Assembly: GCA_963835305.1 (NCBI GenBank)
Contig: CAWIEU010000003.1
Coordinates: 41,353-105,352 of the forward strand
DNA length: 64,000 nucleotides
Direction of reading: 5' to 3'
DNA from: an uncultured delta proteobacterium
GTDB lineage: Bacteria; Desulfobacterota; Desulfobulbia; Desulfobulbales; Desulfocapsaceae
In this document: one piece after another, positions 40,087 through 49,308 of the stretch
Layout: each line of letters starts with the position of its first letter
Numbering within the stretch: the first letter of the stretch is position 1
Notes under the pieces: model-generated
Seen by the model: the letters and a program-made list of their open reading frames with translations, nothing else
Database searches by the model: none
Told to the model about the DNA's origin: nothing
Translations under genes and position numbers: made by a program

Positions 40087-43000
40087 TCCATATCGGACAC
40101 ATTATCTCAAGACAGCATCGCTCAAATTCGGTGCCGACCATTCCACCGTCATCGCTGCCGCCGAGCAACAGTTCCCATTCCGGCTCATAACCGTTTTGCA
40201 GGCGCGTAGTGCAGACCTGCCGGGCCTTTTCAAGAGGCGGGGTTTTGGAGCGATCACTTGCGAGTTGAGTTGCATATGCCAGGGCGGGTTCGATAAAAAA
40301 TGGCGATGGGGCCCGACAGCCGTCGGCAAAATGGGCGAGCAGGACACCAAGATCGGGTCCTGCGCCGATACCACTGAAACCGACAATCCTGTCAGCTGCG
40401 ACAATACGGGTTCTGGCGATTGGAACGAGATGCCCCAGCACCAGATGGTGTATCCAGCCGGCCAGGAGATCCCGTCCCCTCAGTTTTCCGTAACGAATCA
40501 GCATGATCCCGTTATCATACAGATTGGCAAGCGTTCCATAAAGGCGGTTACCGCCAACCGTGAGATCGATCGGTGGACCGGCGCACTTTTCCCCCATCTG
40601 CTGCTGCCGCACCTTCGCAATGAACGCCTGCACTTCACTGCGTTTTTCCTCGAAAGCAAGCCGGCCGGAGGTGCCGAGCGGCCACTGTCCTTCCGTTTGC
40701 ATCTTTTTGAGCAGATCAGCCGAGTCGCCGTTCAGCTCGGTAACGATCATTCTCTCTTCGACATAATATTTATCAAGACCGGACACCTCAAACAGCTCGC
40801 GCTCCTCCGGCAGATCGTCCCCGGAATCCAGTCGAATCCCCAGACAGTCCCTGATAAAATATTTCTGCGGATTGAGGTAGAAACGAAGCAAATCATCCAG
40901 GAGCACTTTCTCTCTTACCTGGCTAAGCTCTCCCTGCCACCAGTCCTCAGGCGAATGTGGACCCTCTTGCAGAATTTCAGCTATCTTGCAGGAATAACGG
41001 TCGTAACTGAACAGCCTGGCGTCGCCGCCTTCCTGAAAATATTTTCTGCTGAAAGAATGGAGAGGATGGCGGACGACCATGTCTTTTCGCCCATATCCGA
41101 CCTCAAGCACTTCAAGAAATTCGGTGACCACGACCGAGGGGGGAATCAACTCGTTGGTTCGGATCGACTGGCCGATATAGCTGAGATAAAGATGCGACCT
41201 CGCCGCCAGCAACGCCTCCAGGAACAGATATCGATCATCCGTGCGGGGGGAACGATCGCCCGGCCGGGAATCGGACTTCATCAGATCGAAAGTATCAAAC
41301 TGGTCGTTTTTTGGAAAAACTCCGTCACAGAGACCTATCAGGCAAACTACCTTAAACGGGATCGAACGCATGGGCAGCATGGAGCAGAAGGTAAGTTGTC
41401 CGCGCAGAAATCCCGCACTCGATCGGCTCTCCCGGGCAGATTGAGTCAGCCATTCACGAATTACCTTAAATTCAACATCGGCTGTATGAAACAGACTGAT
41501 CGACTCATCGAGTTCTCCCACCAAGGTGCGCAGCTCCACCAGCTCCTGCTCGTATTCGTCACCAAAAAGCTGCTGGACAATCGACTGCAGCGTCTTCGAC
41601 CAGCCGACAACTCCGCGGCTGTGCAAAAATTCCTGCCGAGCATGTTCAACCAGGTCGATAAACCGGCAGAGACCTCCAAGGGCAATTGCTCCTCTTCCTT
41701 CGATAGCATTAAAGGGTAGAACATCATCGACAAAGTCATCGTCTTCGATCGCATACCCCATTAACAACCGGTCAAGTCCCATTCGCCAGCTGGTCTCGTC
41801 AAAACCTGGCAGACCGTCCTCTTTACGCTGCCGTCCGGAAAGGCCCCAGCGGATGCCGGCACCGATCACCCATTGTTCCAGGGTATCGAGATCTGACGCT
41901 GAGAGTTGGAATTGCGGAAAGACAACGGGCAGCCGCAACAGATCCAGCAGTTCATTCCAGCCGAACCTACCCGAAAAGAGTTCAAGAAATTTCAGGAAGG
42001 CGGCAATGATGGAGTTGCGTTTCCGGATACTGCGATCTGCTATGGAATGCTGGATATCATGAAAAACGGCTGGAATCAGCGGCGCATATTCCTGAATATC
42101 CGGGGCCATGACGATTATATTGCGTAACTCAAGTTCGGGGTTTTGGTGCAGGAGGCGGAGCAGATGATCCTTCAGTACGGTTATTTCCCTTAGTTTTGAA
42201 TGGCAGGAAACCACCTGGATTGAATCATCGCCCGGGTCAGCGCCGGGTACCGCCACTTCCGGCAGGATTCCATCAAGCAGATCTGCCTGGACTCGCTGCA
42301 GGAGCGTCCCTTCCGCATATGCCTTTTTCTCCAGCGGATCGGCATAACTGGAAAATTCCAGGGCAAAATCAGCACCATCCAGCATCATATTCTGTAAATC
42401 CCGGCCCTGTCTGCCGAGAGCGGCCAGGAGAGGATGGTGTTCTTCCATCCGAAATCCCTGCATCTGTTCAGCGCTGTCGACGGCTCCTTTTTTGATCATC
42501 CGTTTAAACTGCATTCTCCGGCTTTCTAGATTTCCCCAATATTTGCGGCAGGGAGAAAGCAGGAAAAAATGGACATCCATATGCCGGGCCAGACTATTCA
42601 GATAGTGCAGATAAACCGGGGGCAGGGTATGCAGCCCTATAACCGAGACTCGTTTGGGCAGGAGGTCTGTGAGGGTATCATCGTTTTCCAGTCGTTCGAT
42701 CACCCGGCCAAAGAGCAGACCGCGATGGACCTCCCCGCCGGGCTGGGCAAGCAGCCTTCGCCACAGATCCATCTGCCAGCATTCCGCGGGATGACTGGTG
42801 GCAAAAATGCCGCGCTCCCATTTTATTAGCATATCCGGCCGCATTACCTGATACTGATCAAAAATATTGGCCAGACGGCGGGAAAGCTGCAGACGTTTTA
42901 AGGCACTGTTATTGCCGGAGAGATAGGTAATGAGCGGCTGATAGTCCTTGCCGGAAAGGTCGCGGAGCAGCCCATCGAGCCGCCAGGTCAGGATTTGCCG

Positions 43001-43258
43001 CTGGAAGCCATCCGGGGTTATCCCCATTCCCAGCCGACCGGCCACAAAACCAAGGAAATCGAGGGGCAGGAAAAATTTAAAATTGCAGAAGCTGCGAAAC
43101 TCGTCGGCCAGGGTCTGGGCAATCATCCGTTCCATGCCCTGGCTCTGGATGAGAAACAACTCCATGGCGAAAAGATCCTGCTGCCTGTCCACCCGCATAA
43201 CTTCAGCCAGATGACGCAGCAGGTTTTCCGTACGGTTGGAGACATGAAGGTAGAACAT
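40067..43258 (-). CDS. recC: Exodeoxyribonuclease V gamma subunit
   Basis: SNRTENL, FDQYQVMRP, PCRKYWG, CHSKLRE, PMRSIPFKV and DDRYLFLEALLAAR motifs; operon order recC-recB-recD. Confidence 0.93.
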   Translation of the reverse strand: MFYLHVSNRTENLLRHLAEVMRVDRQQDLFAMELFLIQSQGMERMIAQTLADEFRSFCNFKFFLPLDFLGFVAGRLGMGITPDGFQRQILTWRLDGLLRDLSGKDYQPLITYLSGNNSALKRLQLSRRLANIFDQYQVMRPDMLIKWERGIFATSHPAECWQMDLWRRLLAQPGGEVHRGLLFGRVIERLENDDTLTDLLPKRVSVIGLHTLPPVYLHYLNSLARHMDVHFFLLSPCRKYWGNLESRRMQFKRMIKKGAVDSAEQMQGFRMEEHHPLLAALGRQGRDLQNMMLDGADFALEFSSYADPLEKKAYAEGTLLQRVQADLLDGILPEVAVPGADPGDDSIQVVSCHSKLREITVLKDHLLRLLHQNPELELRNIIVMAPDIQEYAPLIPAVFHDIQHSIADRSIRKRNSIIAAFLKFLELFSGRFGWNELLDLLRLPVVFPQFQLSASDLDTLEQWVIGAGIRWGLSGRQRKEDGLPGFDETSWRMGLDRLLMGYAIEDDDFVDDVLPFNAIEGRGAIALGGLCRFIDLVEHARQEFLHSRGVVGWSKTLQSIVQQLFGDEYEQELVELRTLVGELDESISLFHTADVEFKVIREWLTQSARESRSSAGFLRGQLTFCSMLPMRSIPFKVVCLIGLCDGVFPKNDQFDTFDLMKSDSRPGDRSPRTDDRYLFLEALLAARSHLYLSYIGQSIRTNELIPPSVVVTEFLEVLEVGYGRKDMVVRHPLHSFSRKYFQEGGDARLFSYDRYSCKIAEILQEGPHSPEDWWQGELSQVREKVLLDDLLRFYLNPQKYFIRDCLGIRLDSGDDLPEERELFEVSGLDKYYVEERMIVTELNGDSADLLKKMQTEGQWPLGTSGRLAFEEKRSEVQAFIAKVRQQQMGEKCAGPPIDLTVGGNRLYGTLANLYDNGIMLIRYGKLRGRDLLAGWIHHLVLGHLVPIARTRIVAADRIVGFSGIGAGPDLGVLLAHFADGCRAPSPFFIEPALAYATQLASDRSKTPPLEKARQVCTTRLQNGYEPEWELLLGGSDDGGMVGTEFERCCLEIMCPIWSAADVR

Positions 43259-43292
43259 AGCAGACCAGAGAGTGGCTAATCAGGCGAAACTT

Positions 43293-43449
43293 GATGGCGT
43301 CGTAAAAACTCTTCACCTTCTTCGTTGCCACAAATTTTCAATCATTTCGAAGTACCTCTTGTACGTCGAAATGATTGAAAATTTGCGCGCCTCGAATCTG
43401 AAGTTTTTTTACTTAGCCATCCCGGTTTTAAGGTTTTTACTAGTTTGTC
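43293..43449. mobile_element. MITE-like element, subfamily B (6-bp target duplication AAACTT)
   Basis: GATGGCGTCGTAAAAAC left end; AAACTT at 43287-43292 and 43450-43455; near-identical copy at 49118-49273. Confidence 0.85.
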
Positions 43450-43544
43450 AAACTTCAATTATTCCCCCCGAATACATAGAACCGGCACTTATTCAGTAAC
43501 CGAATCTTCCATTTACAGGGTGACAGAGTTCGTGAGTCCAGGTA

Positions 43545-43850
43545 TTATTTGGTGCCGGTGCCGACATCCAGACCGGCATATTCGTAAATACCGTAAAAAA
43601 GACCGACCATGATACCGAGTGTAAAAAACAATCGAAGCCGCCTGTCCCAGGGAACTTTTTCGCCATCTGCCATATATTGCAGGAGTGCGATAATCACATA
43701 AGTAATACCGGCTACGTAGGGTGCAGTCTGAAGAATCTGCCAGCCTGTCGCTTTCAGGGTTGTTATGATATCCGGTCCCAGACGCAAATTAAACAGCACA
43801 TAAACGATGGCTGAAAGATAAAACGAAAATTTTCCTTTGATTCTTTGCAT
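43545..43850 (-). CDS. Small hypothetical membrane protein
   Basis: 101-aa ORF with three hydrophobic segments. Confidence 0.65.
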   Translation of the reverse strand: MQRIKGKFSFYLSAIVYVLFNLRLGPDIITTLKATGWQILQTAPYVAGITYVIIALLQYMADGEKVPWDRRLRLFFTLGIMVGLFYGIYEYAGLDVGTGTK

Positions 43851-44954
43851 ATGAACTCACTCAATACTCTTTTTTTCCCGGGAACGGATATCTACTCAAT
43901 TCGCCAGTATCCGATTTTTTTGTTATTTCAGAAAATTCACCTTATCAAACCTGTAGAAAAAGATCCGGCGGGAGCCGGCGGCGAATCCTCAGATAGTTTC
44001 ATTAAATCAGGATTCTGTCAAGCACATACTCCCTGCCCCCTGGGAGAGAACCGGAAGCGATTTCTGCACCTGGTGCAGGATATCAGAAACCGGAAAGATG
44101 ATTACGCCGCCCAGCTGAGCTCTCTTATTTTAGCTGGCAAGTCCAGGAATCCGACGACCGGCGAGGATTCAGAACAGGCGATCATCACCTCGTTGATTGC
44201 CCCGGATGCTCAAAAGACCAAGTCCTTACAGACAGAAAAAGAGGAAAAACTCTGGCAGGCCCGGCTGGTTCTGGCAATAGGCGAAATCCTGGATCAGGAA
44301 GAGGAAGAAATAGCCCGCAATCTTGCCATGCTTGACGATGACCAGGCCGAACTTTTCAAGGCACTGCATGGTGATATTGAAGAGTTTGAGGAAGACAGCC
44401 CCCTGGCTGAACTCAGCCTGCTGGAGAGCAAAATGGGCGCGGCCAATTCGGGTAATATCAAAAAGCGGTTCTCCAGCTGGAAAACGCTTTTTATGGAAAG
44501 TGATTTAGAGGAAAATGAGATATTACTGACCACAAGCCGGGATGCCGGTGACCTACTGCTGGAATCTTACGAACAACAGACCGGGCAGCAGGCTCAGATC
44601 CTGGGCGAACTGGAACTTCCCGGCCTGATCGGCTGGAATAGCGCGGAGGCTTTGCAGGCAGTACTTACCTTTTGTGAGAACAACAAGAAATTGCTCACCC
44701 AACTGCACGAGAGCCTTGCCGATCTTTCACGAAAAAACGATTTGATGAACCAGGTGGAGAAACCCGCCGGCATATCTGCTCTAATGGCCAGGGACTGGAA
44801 TGAGCAACTTGAAATTGCTTTTCCTAAAAACCAGTTCGGCAGAATTGCCGTCACATGCTCCCTCTTCCCCGGCATGACCTGCTCTGCCCTGATCGGCAAA
44901 ACTCCATCTCAAACCGGCGAACTGAAAAACGGCTTGCTGATCGTGGCAGACTGA
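43851..44954 (+). CDS. Hypothetical acidic protein
   Basis: Long ORF with natural-looking composition (LWQARLVLAIGE segment); no family recognised. Confidence 0.7.
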   Translation: MNSLNTLFFPGTDIYSIRQYPIFLLFQKIHLIKPVEKDPAGAGGESSDSFIKSGFCQAHTPCPLGENRKRFLHLVQDIRNRKDDYAAQLSSLILAGKSRNPTTGEDSEQAIITSLIAPDAQKTKSLQTEKEEKLWQARLVLAIGEILDQEEEEIARNLAMLDDDQAELFKALHGDIEEFEEDSPLAELSLLESKMGAANSGNIKKRFSSWKTLFMESDLEENEILLTTSRDAGDLLLESYEQQTGQQAQILGELELPGLIGWNSAEALQAVLTFCENNKKLLTQLHESLADLSRKNDLMNQVEKPAGISALMARDWNEQLEIAFPKNQFGRIAVTCSLFPGMTCSALIGKTPSQTGELKNGLLIVAD

Positions 44955-45000
44955 GCTCTCCAACAGGTCTTGCCTCATGAACCGGTGACGATCCCTGCCC

Positions 45001-45480
45001 CTATCTGCAACAGGTGTAGGGATTAATGGTCATTACCGGGCAGGAAGCGGCACGTACGACCTTATCTGCAACCGACCCGAACATGATTTTTTCAAGGCCT
45101 TTATAGCCATGCGTACCCATAATAATGAGATCGGCTTCAATCTCGTTGGAGTACTCGACAATTTTTTCGCCGACATCACCCATAAAAACCTTGTAATTCA
45201 GCTCTTTCACGCCGGCTTTTTTACAAAACTCAACCATCTCGTCGCAAAAAGAGGCCATCTTCACCTCCGCACTTTCGGTAAGTTCCCCTTCCAGTGTCGG
45301 TAAGGTCATCTGGGGTACAAAAAATCCGGAATAATCTTCAAAATTCTGCACGATAAAAACGAGATACATTGAAGCGCCGAATTTACCGGCAAAATATCCT
45401 GCAGACTCTGCAATTAATTTTGAATTGTCTGAGAAATCGACCGGAGTAACAACTTTTTTTATTTCATTAATGATACTCAT
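45001..45480 (-). CDS. Universal stress protein
   Basis: VTPVDFS, DLIIMGTHGYKG and FGSVADKVVRAASCPV motifs. Confidence 0.92.
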   Translation of the reverse strand: MSIINEIKKVVTPVDFSDNSKLIAESAGYFAGKFGASMYLVFIVQNFEDYSGFFVPQMTLPTLEGELTESAEVKMASFCDEMVEFCKKAGVKELNYKVFMGDVGEKIVEYSNEIEADLIIMGTHGYKGLEKIMFGSVADKVVRAASCPVMTINPYTCCR

Positions 45481-45672
45481 ACCTCTCTCCTTATCGAAAT
45501 TGAAAAACGAAAAGCTACCGTTATGTTAATTTTTTCGTAACGACCCAACGGATGCAAGTTCATCACGCTGCAGGTCAACCGTAACACCTTAATATTACTT
45601 CATAGCTAAAAAATATCACTAAAAACCGCTTTTATTACATAAGAGAGTGGTGTACTTTAACCGTTTTTTCTT

Positions 45673-45810
45673 GATGGCATCGTAAAAACACTTAGCCATC
45701 GCTGATTGTAGTACCTTACAGATTGTTATCTAGTCTTTATCAAAGAAAACAATCTGTCTAAAGGAACTTATCCCCATGCTTTACGGGGGGCAGATTTTTA
45801 CGAGAATATC
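45673..45810. mobile_element. Internally deleted subfamily-B MITE carrying a nested double-hairpin unit (45708-45790)
   Basis: GATGGCATCGTAAAAAC...TTTTTACGAGAATATC ends, the ACTTAGCCATC anchor, and inner GTAGTACCTT...AAGGAACTTATCCCCATGCTTTACGGGGGG. Confidence 0.65.
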
Positions 45811-45816
45811 TTGCTT

Positions 45817-45978
45817 GATGGACTCGTAAAAAGTCATCGAAGTTGCTGAGATGGGCTCTGGAAAAAGTTCGATATACTAGGCGTAGTATCTGAAACGAGG
45901 AGTTGGCAGTACATGTGGTACGGCAAATCCTCGTTTCAGATCTACAACGACGTAGATCGGGCTTTTTACGAGTCCATC
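45817..45978. mobile_element. MITE-like element, subfamily A, second copy
   Basis: Near-identical to 28400-28561; TTGCTT on the left and TTTCTT on the right. Confidence 0.85.
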
Positions 45979-46030
45979 TTTCTTCATAAATTATTGTAAA
46001 AGCTCGACCAATGACCTGTTCCACTTCGAC

Positions 46031-46954
46031 ATGAAACTGAAACACAAGTTAGAATATACCTTACTGAGAAGTGCCATATTTTTTATCAATCTTCTGCCGG
46101 TTCCTGTAATACTCTCCCTTTGCACCGCCATCGGCTATTCTGCCTGGGTTGTTTTTCCCTTTCGCCTCAAGGTTGCCTATAAAAATCTTTCAACCGTTTT
46201 TCCCGAACTGGATCATGCAGCGAAAATACGGCGGCTGAGACGGGTTTACCTCCAGTTTACCCGAACTTTCGGACTGGTATTTATTCTGCACAGAAAAAAC
46301 CTTACCAGGTTAATCGAAAACACCAGGATTTCCGGAAGAGAAAAACTCGAAGAGGCGCTCGGCCAGGGCAAAGGAGTGATTCTTACCACGATCCATGCCA
46401 GTTGGTTCGAAGCATATTTTGCCTGGTTCAATATGTCAGGCCTGCCGACAAGTCTTATTTACAAGAAACAGACCAATCCCCTTTCCGACAAATTTTTCGT
46501 TCGCCAGCGCAGACACTACGGAACCAGCCTGGAACAACTGAGCAGCTATGATGGCATGAAGGTGTATCAACAGGCCCTAAAAGACAACAGACTGCTTATC
46601 GTCAGCCTCGACCAGAGGTATTCCGGCACCGGCCTGGACGTTGATTTTTTTAATCGGCCGGTATCCTGCGCCAAAGGAACCGCCATTCTGCATCTGCGGT
46701 CAGGGGCGCCGGTTATGACCAGTGTTTATTACATGAAAGACGGAGAGCTGCATATCGACTTCGATACCGTCGACCTTCCCGAATACAAAGAAATCAACGA
46801 TGAAGCCATTAAAGACATCTCATCCAGATGCATCCAGCGGTATGAACCTTTCATCAGACAATATCCGGAACAGTGGTTCAGCCTTTTCCATCGTCTCTGG
46901 AGCAAAAAAGGCTACCCTAAGGTTAACAGATCGTTTCGGCAGATTTTTTTTTAG
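46031..46954 (+). CDS. Lipid A lauroyl/myristoyl acyltransferase family protein (LpxL/HtrB-like)
   Basis: GKGVILTTIH, LDQ, VDFFNRP and YPEQWF...HRLW motifs; directly upstream of msbA. Confidence 0.82.
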   Translation: MKLKHKLEYTLLRSAIFFINLLPVPVILSLCTAIGYSAWVVFPFRLKVAYKNLSTVFPELDHAAKIRRLRRVYLQFTRTFGLVFILHRKNLTRLIENTRISGREKLEEALGQGKGVILTTIHASWFEAYFAWFNMSGLPTSLIYKKQTNPLSDKFFVRQRRHYGTSLEQLSSYDGMKVYQQALKDNRLLIVSLDQRYSGTGLDVDFFNRPVSCAKGTAILHLRSGAPVMTSVYYMKDGELHIDFDTVDLPEYKEINDEAIKDISSRCIQRYEPFIRQYPEQWFSLFHRLWSKKGYPKVNRSFRQIFF

Positions 46955-47084
46955 TACCTTAGAAATTCTTTTCTGTCTTTTTGGAAAAGAATTTGGTGAA
47001 GGTACTTATACCCGTGCTTTGCGGGGGTTAGTACCTTAGAAATTCATTTTGTTTTTTTAAATGAATTTCGTGAAAGTACTTATC
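46951..47084 (+). repeat. Tandem 77-bp double-hairpin repeat (two units, with a degenerate third near 47110)
   Basis: TTAGTACCTTAGAAATTC at 46951 and 47028, each closing with GAATTT...GTACTTAT. Confidence 0.75.
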
Positions 47085-47283
47085 TCGGATTGCTTCCCAT
47101 TTACCGGCGTTAGTGCTCTGGAATTTGAACATATCCCTAGCCTTTCTGCGAGGGTAAATACCACTTCAGTAAATGTATGAGCTGGTGTAATAATAGGACC
47201 GTTCAACGGTTATCAATATCTTTCAGCAGTGAACAGACTTATCGGTTTCTCTCTGCCATTTACATCTTTATCCCCTGGGCCCC

Positions 47284-49011
47284 ATGACCAATAAAGAAAT
47301 TTTCAAGCGATTATACGAAGTCATAAAACCTTATCGGGTGAAACTCCTGATTGCCATGCTATGCATGATCTGTGTTTCTGCTGGAACAGGCGCCCAGACG
47401 TGGCTGGTGAAAGATGTTCTCGATAAAATATTCATAGAAAAGAACACTTTCTATCTAAAACTGCTGCCCCTGGTTCTCCTGCTCATCTTTTTCCTGAAGG
47501 GCATTGTCTATTACCTCTATTCGATCCTGCTGGAACAGGTCGGCCAATCGGTCATTCGTGATTTTCGTCTGAACATTTTCAACCATATCCACAAACAGGC
47601 ACTGTCCTTTTTCAATAAGATGCCTACCGGGACATTGATGTCCAGAATAATCTCGGATGTGACCCTGCTGCAACAGGCGGTATCCAATGCACTTGTCGGT
47701 GCTGTGCGGGACTTCTGTCAGGTAGCGATCCTGCTTGGGGTAGTTTTTTATATGAACTGGCGCCTGGCTATGATCACCTTCATCGTCATGCCGATTGCCG
47801 CCTATCCGATAGTCAGGTTTGGTCGTATCTTCCGAAAACTCAGCACCTCAACTCAGGAAGAGGTGGCTCATGTTTCCAATATCCTTCATGAGACAATTAC
47901 GGGGCACCGCATCGTCAAAGCATTTACCAAAGAGGCGTATGAAAGCGGACGATTTTTAAACCAGGTCAACCGTCTGTTTCGCCTGACAATGAAAGATGCC
48001 AAATATCGCTGCCTGCAACATCCGATGATGGAATTTATCGGCGGCTGCGCCATTGCCATGATTATCTGGTTCGGCGGCAAGGAAGTTATCGGCGGGAATA
48101 TGACTCCGGGGACATTTTTTGCCTTTTTAACCGCACTGATCGCTGCCTACGAGCCCGTCAAAGGTGTGACTAAAATCAACTCGACCATGCAGCAGGGCCT
48201 GGCTGCCGCAACCCGCGTTTTTGCCATCCTGGATATTGAGCCTGAAATACAGGATAAAGCAAATGCTCTTACCTTGCCGCTCTTTTCCAGCCGGATCGAA
48301 TGTCGAAATCTCAATTTTTGCTACGATGACGGCAAACAGGTGCTGTCGAACATTAATCTCACCGTTCCGGCGGGCGAGGCACTCGCCATTGTCGGGCCAA
48401 GCGGCGGCGGAAAAACAACACTTACTAATCTCATTCCCCGATTTCTTGATCTCAAGGAAGGAAGTATTCTGGTTGATGGCCTGGATATCAGGGATGTCAC
48501 CGTAGCTTCGCTCAGGAATCAGATCGCCATGGTTACCCAGCAAACCATTCTTTTTAATGATACCGTACGCAACAACATCGCCTACGGTGATCAGCTGGCC
48601 CCCGATGAGCTGATTTATGAGGCTGCAAAAGCGGCTCATGCCTACGATTTTATCCAGGCACTGCCTGAAGGATTCGATACGATTATCGGTGAAGGCGGAG
48701 CTCGCTTGTCAGGTGGACAGCGGCAGCGCATATCAATCGCCAGGGCGATCCTGAAAAATGCGCCGATTCTGATCCTCGACGAAGCCACCTCCGCTCTCGA
48801 TACCGAGTCCGAGCGTGAAGTACAAAAGGCCCTGGAAAATCTGATGAAAGATCGAACCACCCTGGTTATTGCTCATCGTCTTTCGACAATCAAAAACGCC
48901 GACAGGATCATAGTTATCAAAGAAGGGGCTATTGTCGAACAGGGAACGCACGACTCGCTTATCGCGCTAAAAGGTGAGTATGAAATGCTTTACAATATGC
49001 AATACAAATAA
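47284..49011 (+). CDS. msbA: Lipid A export ABC transporter (permease plus ATPase)
   Basis: ABC membrane domain, GPSGGGKT, LSGGQRQR and DEATSALD motifs; next to the lipid A acyltransferase. Confidence 0.85.
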   Translation: MTNKEIFKRLYEVIKPYRVKLLIAMLCMICVSAGTGAQTWLVKDVLDKIFIEKNTFYLKLLPLVLLLIFFLKGIVYYLYSILLEQVGQSVIRDFRLNIFNHIHKQALSFFNKMPTGTLMSRIISDVTLLQQAVSNALVGAVRDFCQVAILLGVVFYMNWRLAMITFIVMPIAAYPIVRFGRIFRKLSTSTQEEVAHVSNILHETITGHRIVKAFTKEAYESGRFLNQVNRLFRLTMKDAKYRCLQHPMMEFIGGCAIAMIIWFGGKEVIGGNMTPGTFFAFLTALIAAYEPVKGVTKINSTMQQGLAAATRVFAILDIEPEIQDKANALTLPLFSSRIECRNLNFCYDDGKQVLSNINLTVPAGEALAIVGPSGGGKTTLTNLIPRFLDLKEGSILVDGLDIRDVTVASLRNQIAMVTQQTILFNDTVRNNIAYGDQLAPDELIYEAAKAAHAYDFIQALPEGFDTIIGEGGARLSGGQRQRISIARAILKNAPILILDEATSALDTESEREVQKALENLMKDRTTLVIAHRLSTIKNADRIIVIKEGAIVEQGTHDSLIALKGEYEMLYNMQYK

Positions 49012-49117
49012 GGTAAGGAAAGGGCGGGCCTGTGCCCCGCTCTCAGGAATGCAAAGTCCGCCCGATGCTTTAATGTTTCCATTGTTCGTTATGAACAAAT
49101 TGTAAACAGCCAACATT

Positions 49118-49273
49118 GATGGCGTCGTAAAAACTCTTCACCTTCTTCGTTGCCACAAATTTTCAATCATTTCGAAGTACCTCTTGTACGTCGAAATGAT
49201 TGAAAATTTGCGCGCCTCGAACCTGAAGTTTTTTACTTAGCCATCCCGGTTTTAAGGTTTTTACGAGTTTGTC
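49118..49273. mobile_element. MITE-like element, subfamily B, second copy (6-bp target duplication AACATT)
   Basis: Near-identical to 43293-43449; AACATT at 49112-49117 and 49274-49279. Confidence 0.85.
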
Positions 49274-49308
49274 AACATTGTTTACAAAATATAGCCTGTA
49301 ACAAAACG

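Noticed and set aside
40019-41719. 566-aa plus-strand ORF antisense to recC
   Set aside because: No recognisable motifs or RBS; lies almost wholly opposite a well-supported gene and is explained as a codon-bias shadow ORF.
46951-47125. Possible mini-CRISPR array or integron attC sites
   Set aside because: The putative spacers are themselves homologous and palindromic, there are only two to three units, no cas or integrase gene is present, and RYYYAAC/GTTRRRY boxes are not properly matched.
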